This document shows, in pieces, positions 48,470-56,867 of a stretch of 64,000 nt of DNA (positions are counted from its first letter, which is position 1; each line of letters begins with the position of its first letter). The stretch is from a virus (taxonomy: Duplodnaviria > Caudoviricetes): positions 1 to 64,000 of the IMG/VR virus record IMGVR_UViG_3300047576_000028, one strand, 5' to 3'. The notes below the pieces were generated by a model that saw only the letters and a program-made list of their open reading frames with translations, had not been told where the DNA came from and did not search any database. Both the position numbers and the translations under genes were made by a program.

Positions 48470-48937
48470 TTAGCGCGTTATCTTTGCAGAAATGTACTCC
48501 GGCTCTCCGATAGACGTAAGCAGCCGAATCTGCTGTTCCAGCCATCCAATGCGCTCCTCAGAATCCTTGAGCAGATGTTCGAAAAGATTGCGCGTCGTAT
48601 CATCCCGCGCATTCACCGCTACCTGAACAGCATCCTCGGAAGGGTCCTTGAACGCCATCTCAGCCGCTAACTCCGCAGTAAAGATGTCCCCGATAGTATT
48701 GCGCTGAACAATAGGGCCGATGACGGTGTCTATGGTGCCTCCAAGCAATAGAAGCCGCTTCTTGAACTCCGCCATCCATTCGTGGGTGTCATCGCCGAAC
48801 TTGCCAATGTGCTTTGCCACTCTCTTGATCCCCATGAACTGAAGGACCGATCTGTCGGCGCGATACTGCACGTGCAGTTGCGTGGCTGACTTCAGCGCTA
48901 CTTGAAGTGTTGCTATTACCGATGGGTTGCCCTGCAT
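48470..48937 (-). CDS. Bacterioferritin-like protein with a degenerate ferroxidase centre
   Basis: MQGNPSVI.., RLLLLGG, DDTTRNLFEHLLKDSEERIGWLEQQIRLL..IG..Y aligns with Bfr over its length. Confidence 0.8.
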   Translation of the reverse strand: MQGNPSVIATLQVALKSATQLHVQYRADRSVLQFMGIKRVAKHIGKFGDDTHEWMAEFKKRLLLLGGTIDTVIGPIVQRNTIGDIFTAELAAEMAFKDPSEDAVQVAVNARDDTTRNLFEHLLKDSEERIGWLEQQIRLLTSIGEPEYISAKITR

Positions 48938-48993
48938 TTGACGGCTCCTTGTGGGGTTATTGCCCAGCGGTTGCGGGGCAGTTGTTTGCCGGT

Positions 48994-50493
48994 TCAGTTA
49001 GTACTCATTGGACCTTTGCCATGTCCGGTATCATACGGCGGAGTTTTCTTTACCTTAACTGGGTGGCTTCCGTTTTGCGCTACAACAACCGGATCGTCGG
49101 ACACGGGAGCGTCAACCGTCTTTGGCGTTGGCTTCTTGCCATTGTTGGTGGGGGCTGCATTTGGGGGAGTTTTGCCATCCTCTCCCTCGTCTTCGCCCTG
49201 CGGCGGCATGACCTTCCCGCCCATGCCGTTCTCAAAGATGTACTTAACGGTCGCCATCGCTCCGTTCATATACTTACCGTCCATCTCTGGGTCTGGGTCT
49301 GGATTGAATCCGTCTATACTTCGCGCTTCATTTGGACTGATCTCACCGCACGCTATCAAGGTTTGGTTGCGCCGTGACATACTCAACACATCTCCCCGCA
49401 GTAGGGCGGATAGATCATGACGGCAGGTGATGGCGTCATTATTGCCGAGCACCGTTATGTTACATTTCTGCTCAATACGCTCCATTGCGGGAGCGATGGT
49501 GTGCTTGGCGAAGTAAATATCGCCCTGCTCTGCCGAAGCGTAGGTAGCGGTACCAGGGGCCGCCATCATGAATGCGGGCATGTCGAACACACGGCACAAC
49601 TCAAGGACTTGAAAATTCCGTCCCTCGATAAACTGGGCATCTTCGGGCGACATTTTCATCTCGTGGAGTTTCATGCCGCCGTACATCAATGCGACCTTCC
49701 CGGCTTCGTCGAGCGCTCCAGTGTTTTCGCGCCATGTCGCCATGAACTTGTCGCGGTCGTCGATCATGCCGGGTATTTCGATCCAATAAGGCGGCTTTCC
49801 ACCGTGCTTCAGGAAGCGCCCGAAGTACTCTTCCTGGCCTAGCCCCAGGCCGACAGCCTGCCGCATGAGCGTTATCGGAGAGAAGCCCATTAAGCCATCG
49901 AAGCCGAGATAGGGGATATGGAGGATGTCCTGCCATGGGTAAATTCCAGGCCGCACCGGCACGCTGTACGGATTGTGCGGAAAGTATCTGTAGACCAATT
50001 CTCCACCAATAGCAGTTCGCAATACTTGTACATACCCCGGCTCAAGCGGCCAGATATTCCGTAACCTGCCTGCCCCATCCCACTCCAGATAGTTGTAGGA
50101 GTTCCCCCAGAGCAACAAACTTGCCACCATTTGTTCGCGCCATTGGAAGCTGGACATCTCGCTATTTGGCTCTTCCTTCAGCATTCGATAGCGGTAGTCG
50201 TTTATGGCTGGGGTTTTGGTATCGCTGTTCTTGCCGGTGTTGATAAAGGTAATCAAGGGGCACGAGGCTACCGCTTTGGCGATCTTGGACACACAGCCAT
50301 ACACCGTAGCCATCGTCATGGCTGTGGCGGGACTGACAGGACGCCCGGTATACGTGGACGCTCCTGTACTTAGCAGGTTGTAGATCGCGCTGCCAATCTT
50401 GGCGTTGCCGAAGTCGCGGCGTTCGAACACAGGTGGTCCGTTAAGGATGTCGTGTCCGTTACGCTGTGTTAGCGTGCCCAACGTTTCAATCAT
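48994..50493 (-). CDS. Portal protein, HK97 family
   Basis: TVYGCVSKIA, LLLWGNSY, ILHIP..GFDGLMGFSPI, DAQFIE, LLRGD, SPNEAR. Confidence 0.95.
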   Translation of the reverse strand: MIETLGTLTQRNGHDILNGPPVFERRDFGNAKIGSAIYNLLSTGASTYTGRPVSPATAMTMATVYGCVSKIAKAVASCPLITFINTGKNSDTKTPAINDYRYRMLKEEPNSEMSSFQWREQMVASLLLWGNSYNYLEWDGAGRLRNIWPLEPGYVQVLRTAIGGELVYRYFPHNPYSVPVRPGIYPWQDILHIPYLGFDGLMGFSPITLMRQAVGLGLGQEEYFGRFLKHGGKPPYWIEIPGMIDDRDKFMATWRENTGALDEAGKVALMYGGMKLHEMKMSPEDAQFIEGRNFQVLELCRVFDMPAFMMAAPGTATYASAEQGDIYFAKHTIAPAMERIEQKCNITVLGNNDAITCRHDLSALLRGDVLSMSRRNQTLIACGEISPNEARSIDGFNPDPDPEMDGKYMNGAMATVKYIFENGMGGKVMPPQGEDEGEDGKTPPNAAPTNNGKKPTPKTVDAPVSDDPVVVAQNGSHPVKVKKTPPYDTGHGKGPMSTN

Positions 50494-50504
50494 GTTTCCC
50501 TAAT

Positions 50505-51200
50505 CTAGAGCGGTACCGACATCAGTCCCCATTTTGGCGTGGGGATAGAAGCCTGAAGCCGGCGCAGCGCGATGATAGTCGCGACCACACCATCGATCCG
50601 TTTGCTGCTTTTCTGGCGGTTAGGTTTTACCGGCTTGATATTCGCCGCCGATTCGTCTTGGGCTATTGCTGTACAGTCCACATTCCACCGCAGGACTTGA
50701 TGCCCACTGTGAACCAACTTGCCGGACAGCACCAAAGACTCAAAATACTTGCTTGGGGCGCTCAGTGAAATGTAGCCCTGGCCCACGTCAACTACTTCGA
50801 TATCAACGTTAGCCAAATCCGATACGGTGTCGCGCGCGCCGTGGCGATCAAAACCGATTTGCTTGATGTCGAATATCTTATCCAGTTCCTTGATGCGCTC
50901 ACGGCAGTATCCCCAATCGGTAACCGGCCCAGGGGTCAGTTCTACAAGTCCTTGCTTGGCCCATAGGTCATACCGTACATTGTCTTTCTTGGACCGTTCC
51001 AGCAAGCCGTCTTCCGGTATCCAAAACCATACATGCACGTAGACCGATTGTTTGATGAGCCAGACTAACGAGAACGCAGTGAGATCGGAGACGGCGGCTA
51101 AATCGAGGCCCCCGTAACATGGATATTTAACCAGTTGCTCGCAGAACTTCTGCCCGTCCGGATCTCTAGTGATTAGCGGAGTTGCTGCTGGTGCGGCCAT
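50505..51200 (-). CDS. terL: Terminase large subunit, nuclease half
   Basis: CYGGLDLA..DLTA, IGFDRHGA, VGQGY, KRIDGVVA. Confidence 0.9.
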   Translation of the reverse strand: MAAPAATPLITRDPDGQKFCEQLVKYPCYGGLDLAAVSDLTAFSLVWLIKQSVYVHVWFWIPEDGLLERSKKDNVRYDLWAKQGLVELTPGPVTDWGYCRERIKELDKIFDIKQIGFDRHGARDTVSDLANVDIEVVDVGQGYISLSAPSKYFESLVLSGKLVHSGHQVLRWNVDCTAIAQDESAANIKPVKPNRQKSSKRIDGVVATIIALRRLQASIPTPKWGLMSVPL

Positions 51201-51256
51201 TAACTTGTTGTTTGCGCAGAGCCTTCACTTTGGCCTTCCTGCGCTTTGTGCGTCCC

Positions 51257-52237
51257 TTACCCATTTGACGCCGCGATGGGTTGCCCGTCCCACTTACAGG
51301 CATCCCAGTCTATCATGGGTATCCAACAGGAAGCACTGTTAACCCACTGCGACAAATGTAGTTGTTGAAAGTCGCGTTGCAGGCGCGGGGTCCTAACCGC
51401 CCGTTCAAACTCTTCCTCCAGGATCTCCATATTGACAGTAATCCCAAGGGCCGGATTCGCCAACGGCCACAGGGACTTGTCTGTCCAGTCTGCTTCCCTG
51501 GGGACCTCGTAGATCATCGGAAGGTAAGTGGGGTCTTCAAACACTGCAGGCACGAACTTCCCATCTTTATCCCTTGTCGGCGTGATGTTCTTAGCGTAAA
51601 GATATTCCTGCCCGCACATCGTCTCTTCGTCCACACCAGCCGTGGTTATGTATACCTCAAGCGGTTGCCTACGTGCGCCGCGTCCGGTAGTTAGTGCCTT
51701 GCGAAGGTCTTCTTCCCGAGCACCCCACACATGGAATTCGTCGTAGAGGATAGTGCTTGGATTCGAGCCGTGCTTGGCCTTTCCCTCAGACGACAAAGCC
51801 TTAAACATACCCTTGTTCTTGCGATGTCGAATCTCCTTCCGATATGGGATCACTTGTAGTAGATCCGGCAATTCCTCGTGCGCCATCACCATCTCGGAAG
51901 CCGCTTCATACAGCTTGCTACTTTGCTCTGAGGTTTTGGCGGCTGCGTATATCTCCTGATAAGGTTCCGGGTCCATGACTAGTAGGTCTAAGCCAAGTGC
52001 TGCGCATGACTGCGTTTTGGAATTTTTCCTGCCCACAGATAAGAAAGCCGTTCTGTATAGTCGCGTGCCATCCGCGCGCTTCCACCCTAACAGGTTTCCG
52101 ATCAACTTCTTTTGAAATGGCATCAGCCGAAACGGCTCCGGCTTGCCGCTCTGCGTGGACTTAGTAAGGGTTAGCGACTCGATAAAGGCGAAGTCCAGCA
52201 GCACGCTGGTGTCGAAGTATATGCCGTCGATGTCCAT
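51257..52237 (-). CDS. terL: Terminase large subunit, ATPase half
   Basis: LMPFQK, Walker A GRKNSKT, Walker B ILYDEFH, ITTAG, WPLANPALG. Confidence 0.92.
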   Translation of the reverse strand: MDIDGIYFDTSVLLDFAFIESLTLTKSTQSGKPEPFRLMPFQKKLIGNLLGWKRADGTRLYRTAFLSVGRKNSKTQSCAALGLDLLVMDPEPYQEIYAAAKTSEQSSKLYEAASEMVMAHEELPDLLQVIPYRKEIRHRKNKGMFKALSSEGKAKHGSNPSTILYDEFHVWGAREEDLRKALTTGRGARRQPLEVYITTAGVDEETMCGQEYLYAKNITPTRDKDGKFVPAVFEDPTYLPMIYEVPREADWTDKSLWPLANPALGITVNMEILEEEFERAVRTPRLQRDFQQLHLSQWVNSASCWIPMIDWDACKWDGQPIAASNG

Positions 52238-52278
52238 TAGGCTACCTGGTACTCGTTGGTAGCGCTTAGGCTACCCTT

Positions 52279-52491
52279 TCAGCGCCAGCAACTAAAGCTA
52301 CGCGCTTGATCTAGAGATATCAAGCCGCTACGCAAGGCGCAACGGATTTCTTCGTTTATTTCATCCACGAGATGTGGCGGTACCCAATAGCCTCCATCAG
52401 GTCTGGCCGTTGTGGAAACTGGCTGGTCTACGGCTTTTATTGCTGGGGCGGCCAATAGATACGCGCAGAAAGAACGCCGGGTGTTTTTCAT
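52279..52491 (-). CDS. Hypothetical protein
   Basis: Small ORF upstream of terL. Confidence 0.4.
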   Translation of the reverse strand: MKNTRRSFCAYLLAAPAIKAVDQPVSTTARPDGGYWVPPHLVDEINEEIRCALRSGLISLDQARSFSCWR

Positions 52492-52493
52492 GG

Positions 52494-52658
52494 GTAAGCA
52501 ACTCCACGGCTAAAGCCGGGGGCTTTTAGATTCCACATGCAAAATCTCAAAACATTTCGCTGCGGTTCGAGTCGGCTTACTCCGGCCATGCCGGACGACC
52601 GCGCCGATTCTCCCGTCCTCCCCATGACTGGAGTCAGGGGCTTCTCGGAGAAAACTTG
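52494..52658 (-). mobile_element. IS200/IS605 mini-element G, most complete (165 bp: left end, structured core, right end)
   Basis: TCAC|CAAGTTTTCTCCGAGAAGCCCCTGACTCCAGTCATGGGG...AAGCCCCCGGCTTTAGCCGTGGAGTTGCTTAC. Confidence 0.88.
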
Positions 52659-52757
52659 GTGATTTACTGGGGAATTAAGCATTAGATGCGCTGGGGATCA
52701 GTGCTGCGGGCCTTGTGCCTTCAGAATGTGTACGGTAGTTATGTATATAAGTCCCAT

Positions 52758-53195
52758 TTACTGATTCCACTGGAATACGAGACTAGCGACCGCGCCCGAC
52801 GCACTGGCGTTAAGAAACACGCCGCCCACAAATGCGATGCATGTACTCGATATTGGGTAAGTCACCGGCGCGGCGCTGGCACCCAATACGCCGCTGTAGA
52901 CCGTGTGCCCGTTTCCATCGGTCAGCGTGATGGTCTGACCGGTGCCAATCAGCAGGCCGCCGCACACGTAGATGGTGCTGTCTGGGACATATGCCGGGGG
53001 AGCCGCCGTCGTAGCCTGTGCTACTGTCTGGCTGCATCCCGATCCTGGGCCGATCAAACAAGGCGCTGTTCCGGCCGTCGAAACGGCTTGCAGTCGCATC
53101 TCGGCAGAGTGGTTGAAGGTATTGGCGCGGGTAGTGATGGTTTGCGCGGGAAGGCTCAGCGCGAACGCTAGGCCGGTCAAAATTCGCAGTCTCAT
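52758..53195 (-). CDS. Secreted beta-rich hypothetical protein
   Basis: Signal peptide MRLRILTGLAFALSLPA-Q; ATGA overlap. Confidence 0.6.
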   Translation of the reverse strand: MRLRILTGLAFALSLPAQTITTRANTFNHSAEMRLQAVSTAGTAPCLIGPGSGCSQTVAQATTAAPPAYVPDSTIYVCGGLLIGTGQTITLTDGNGHTVYSGVLGASAAPVTYPISSTCIAFVGGVFLNASASGAVASLVFQWNQ

Positions 53196-53965
53196 GTTTG
53201 AAATACTCCGGCGAACGAACGACGATTTTGGAGGGGAGCAAGCCGAATGCGTGCGCGTGGTGGGCGCGCCATGAGAAGCGCCACGTTTCGCTCGGCCCCT
53301 GAACTCATGTCGGAACAGGCAGATTGGTTGTAGTACATGATGCATTCAGAAATATGCGCCGCCCGCTGCGTACCGCTCATTTCGAGCATGGGCCACATGA
53401 GCGCGCGGTCTTCCGCTACGCGGAAATACTGACCGTAATCGTCGCGTAAATCCATGTCCTCAACGAGACTGTAGAGCCACCGCTTCCATGTCCGTACCGC
53501 CGTGCCTAGCCAGCGATATTGGCGGAAATGCGTCAGGCCGTCAGGGTAAGCGGGCCAACCGCCCTCACCCCATGGGGCACCAGGTTTTGAATACCAACTT
53601 CCATAGGTCATCCAGCAGGCGCGCGATGCATAGGTATCCGCGATTATTTGAAGTGCGTCCGGGCGGCAAAACCAATCGTCGCCGTCAAGCGACACAATAA
53701 CGTCCTCCGGGTCGTCTCCGCAACGCTTAATCGCCGCGATCTGGTTGTACAGCGAATACTTCCTATGCTGGTTAGCCGTTACATGCACACGCGATGCAAG
53801 GGCTGGCGCGGAGGCGGCAATAATGGCCTCTTCGTATGCGCCGTCTCCGCATGGATCTATCGTAACCCAAGCGTCCCAATCGCGATATGTCTGCGTCGCA
53901 AGAGATTCAAGGCACAGTCCGATGACATGCGCGCACGGGCCGCCGTTGACGATAATCCTAAGCAT
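53192..53965 (-). CDS. Glycosyltransferase family 2
   Basis: CLESLATQTY, VSLDGDDW, WMTYGS, AED..LM.PMLEM. Confidence 0.85.
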   Translation of the reverse strand: MLRIIVNGGPCAHVIGLCLESLATQTYRDWDAWVTIDPCGDGAYEEAIIAASAPALASRVHVTANQHRKYSLYNQIAAIKRCGDDPEDVIVSLDGDDWFCRPDALQIIADTYASRACWMTYGSWYSKPGAPWGEGGWPAYPDGLTHFRQYRWLGTAVRTWKRWLYSLVEDMDLRDDYGQYFRVAEDRALMWPMLEMSGTQRAAHISECIMYYNQSACSDMSSGAERNVALLMARPPRARIRLAPLQNRRSFAGVFQT

Positions 53966-53974
53966 TGTGTCTCG

Positions 53975-54130
53975 TTATCTGAAAAGCCCACAGAGGTAGC
54001 AGATCAACACGATGATTAGAATAGTCCCGAGTCCCACGCCGACACCACCTTGCGGTCCCCACTGCCCATTTCCATACCAGCCGCCAAAGCCGCCGAACAA
54101 AATAATCAACAAAAGGATTAACAGGATCAT
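53975..54130 (-). CDS. DUF3309-like small membrane protein (51 aa)
   Basis: MILLILLLIILFGGFGGWYG..WG..GG.G.GLGTILIIVLI. Confidence 0.7.
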   Translation of the reverse strand: MILLILLLIILFGGFGGWYGNGQWGPQGGVGVGLGTILIIVLICYLCGLFR

Positions 54131-54191
54131 ATCAGTTCCTTAACGGCCCGCGAAACAGCCCGTAGCCGCTTCTGGATGGACAAGACGGCCG

Positions 54192-54344
54192 TCACAAACC
54201 AACAACAATGCCGATCAGGACCATCACGAATATGGTCCACGCGCCGCTGCGCCGTGGATATGGCTGGGAAGGCGTATACCAGTGCCAAAGGCCAAAGAAC
54301 AGCCCGGCAACGTAGAACAGCCAGAACCACATTGGCAGCGTCAT
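54192..54344 (-). CDS. Small membrane protein (50 aa)
   Basis: AAAGGAG RBS; MTLPMWFWLFYV... Confidence 0.55.
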   Translation of the reverse strand: MTLPMWFWLFYVAGLFFGLWHWYTPSQPYPRRSGAWTIFVMVLIGIVVGL

Positions 54345-54437
54345 GTTTGTCTCCTTTCTAATTTTGTCTCTCCTGTTTATCCGAATCGCATAAACGCGGC
54401 GACTTGTTCTGCCGCCGCGTTAGTGACGTACGGACCA

Positions 54438-54608
54438 CTACTTCGTAGTGAACACTTGGTGGTCGGTGACCGCCACCACTGTACCATCGTTCGCTACTGG
54501 TTTGCCGTTCGATTTCAGAGCCGCCGGATGCCCCGCTAGGGTATACAACACCGCTCCGGTTGTCTGGCCCTCAACTGTCTTTGCAACGCCGTCTATTGTG
54601 ATCGTCAT
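54438..54608 (-). CDS. Stand-alone multi-ubiquitin-like domain (56 aa)
   Basis: MTITIDGVAKTVEGQTTGAVLYTLAG...VANDGTVVAVTDHQVFTTK. Confidence 0.55.
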   Translation of the reverse strand: MTITIDGVAKTVEGQTTGAVLYTLAGHPAALKSNGKPVANDGTVVAVTDHQVFTTK

Positions 54609-54621
54609 GGATTCAACCTTT

Positions 54622-54727
54622 GGTAGTGGGTCTTAGCTTGACCCTCGTTTATCCTTAAGGGAGTTGAATGTCGTTTGCTCATGGCTGTCTGTTCAACAGT
54701 TTCCAAAGGCCCCTACCGGGCCTGCCC
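54622..54727 (+). repeat. About 106-bp direct repeat (IS1-like end plus ncRNA 5' module); partner at 60886-60990
   Basis: Identical apart from a 1-nt indel; begins GGTAGTGGGTC. Confidence 0.92.
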
Positions 54728-55305
54728 GTCAATTCCAATTATAGCGCGCCCATTTCAGGGGAGTTTTCTTGAAGTGACCGGATTCACGGCAGACGGAGCA
54801 CTTGCGGGTTGACCATGGGCGCAGTAATGGCGTATTCGTCCCCAGCCCTTAACATCGCACTATGGTAGCGCATCAATTCGTAGCCGCGTTCCAAAGATCC
54901 TGTTGAAATTCGCCAGTTCCATGACTTCAGGCGGTTCAGTTCCGGCTCTTTGCCCGCCGTCAGCTTTGCGTTGAACTGAACCCCAAACAGGACCGCCCTG
55001 GATTCACTTCGCGCGGATGTGCCCGGCGTACTTGTTGCGTGAGCAGACCCAGGCGCGTGGACTATATCGTGCTGGCGCAAAATCCGTCTTTCGCGTCATG
55101 CGAACGCCGCAGTCTTCGCACTTATCTCGCTTTCAGCTAGTCGTCGAATTCGCTCATCGCGTCCTCCGTGTCGATTGCGCGCGATCTGCATCTCAAGAGA
55201 CGTGCGTTGTTCCGCGAGGTCGGATGGCGTTCCTGCCGTTCCGCTCCAGTTCCCTCCATGCGATGTCGCAACCACGAATTCTTCTCTCGTCATTGGGATA
55301 TTATA

Positions 55306-55327
55306 CTTTAGCCGTGGAGTTGCTTAC
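55306..55327 (+). mobile_element. IS200/IS605 right-end remnant H
   Basis: CTTTAGCCGTGGAGTTGCTTAC, 12 bp after the TCAT that is the start of ORF 55096..55293. Confidence 0.75.
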
Positions 55328-55345
55328 AAGTCCCTTTACCTTCCA

Positions 55346-55846
55346 TCAAACCGCGTCCGCTAACTGCTGGCGACCGTGGCACTCTTCGCAGATCGCACCG
55401 CGCATCTGCTTCTGGCAGCATCCGCAGAATAACCCAGCCGGTCGCTTTGCGGCTTCAGCCCGCATAAAAAGCGGGTCAGTCAAACGATAAGCCCTCCGAG
55501 AACCAATTCCAGCAGAGATAATCTCGACATGCTTTCGCGCGGCTAAGCGTTGAACGAGTTGGCGGAAGTATCGCCGCGAGAAGCCGGCGGATTCCGCTAA
55601 TAGCCGTTCTCCGGTTCGCACCATCCCGCCGTGGCGTTCGTAAGCCGCTAGAACCCCGTAAATCCTTACGTCTAAGTGCTTTAGCATTTTGTCGCTAAGC
55701 ACAGACCAAGGGATTCGCGAGTAATTAGCAGATACGTTGGTCGCGGACTTTTTAAACCCTTTAGTTCTGCGGTTAGCCATAACTTTCTGTAGCGCCCTCG
55801 GCCAGTGCTTTTGTGTGCCAAAAAAAGTACCACGTAGAATCAACAC
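55346..55846 (-). CDS. Winged-helix (HTH_36-like) DNA-binding protein with a C-terminal Cys cluster; start probably at MANRR
   Basis: YSRIPWSVLSD..L..LDVRIYGVL...LAESAGFSRR...L..GHV-type pattern. Confidence 0.65.
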   Translation of the reverse strand: MLILRGTFFGTQKHWPRALQKVMANRRTKGFKKSATNVSANYSRIPWSVLSDKMLKHLDVRIYGVLAAYERHGGMVRTGERLLAESAGFSRRYFRQLVQRLAARKHVEIISAGIGSRRAYRLTDPLFMRAEAAKRPAGLFCGCCQKQMRGAICEECHGRQQLADAV

Positions 55847-56176
55847 GTTACGAAAGAAGTGGGCGCTACATTAACGCCCACTTTTCTTAAAACATGCGCC
55901 CACGTACAAATAAATACTGGGGTCATCCGGTGCATCGCCTGTGACGCTCAATCGCTTGGTCCGCGTCGTATTCCGCGCGCCGCGCCATTGCGTAGAGGTA
56001 GAATGCTTCTGAGCGTGATGGTGGATCGTCCCGGCAATCTTCGCACACACGGCTGTACATTCTAAACATTACATTCACCCGATGGCACTTCCGGCACGCC
56101 CGCCTCTTGCGCAGTTTTGTTTCGCCGTTCGCAGCCGCTATTGTGTCGATCAGGTACATGGTATTAGTACGATACC

Positions 56177-56713
56177 TTACGCGCCCCTCGCGTTCTTTGC
56201 CGCAATCAGCTTCGCAACCGTCCCCAATTCCTTCGCCGCTGCCTGCCGTATCCCCATGCGCGCTCTAGCAACCGGTGTTGCTCCAATCTTATCCAGCCAC
56301 TTCTCGCAGTTCCGTTGATGGATCTGCGTTCGCTGCATGATTGTGTATTTTGCCTTGGCTTTAGCCGCAGCTTCGGAAGAGGACGCCAAAACCAGTTCAC
56401 CCTCAATCGCCAACTCCTCAATAGCGCCCAGACTATAGGCCGCCATTGCGACCGCGTGCGCATCTGCCCTGCGCAGAACAACACCAGCCGTAGTGATGTC
56501 GGCCACTAGAGTGTGCCACACGTCTTCCGCCGCTGGGCTGAGCCATCCTGGACAAATCAGTTCGCCATCCGAAGGCTTAGCCGTTACGATGTGCCCAGCC
56601 GTATCGCGCTTGATCGCATCTATTCCGACAACAGACGCAAGCTGAGCCTCATGTCGGGCTTCCCGCTCACCGCGTACCGATGTGGGATCGCGAATTGGTC
56701 CTCTCTGTCCCAT
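56177..56713 (-). CDS. terS: Terminase small subunit (P27-like)
   Basis: MGQRGP, CPGWLSPAAEDVW, IGATPVARARM. Confidence 0.85.
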   Translation of the reverse strand: MGQRGPIRDPTSVRGEREARHEAQLASVVGIDAIKRDTAGHIVTAKPSDGELICPGWLSPAAEDVWHTLVADITTAGVVLRRADAHAVAMAAYSLGAIEELAIEGELVLASSSEAAAKAKAKYTIMQRTQIHQRNCEKWLDKIGATPVARARMGIRQAAAKELGTVAKLIAAKNARGA

Positions 56714-56716
56714 CTT

Positions 56717-56780
56717 TTCAGCCAACTACTACAACTGTAATTCAGCCAACTACTACAACTGTAGCATGTTACGTAACATG
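56717..56780 (-). promoter_or_regulatory. terS upstream region: 24-bp tandem repeat, extended -10 and 16-bp perfect palindrome
   Basis: TTCAGCCAACTACTACAACTGTA twice; CATGTTACGTAACATG at 56765-56780; minus strand TG-C-TACAGT. Confidence 0.6.
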
Positions 56781-56867
56781 GTCACACACGAACAAGTGTA
56801 ATCTGAAAATAGTTGGCACGGATTGACGCATGGCGGGTTATGATCCTAAGCGGAGGTGGTTTGAATA

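Noticed and set aside
51200-51257. Intron or intein in terL
   Set aside because: The spacer is only 56 bp with no splicing motifs
7496-55327. Hairpin repeats as a CRISPR array or REP/BIME
   Set aside because: They are dispersed, not regularly spaced, with no cas or RAYT gene; the ends match IS200/IS605 architecture
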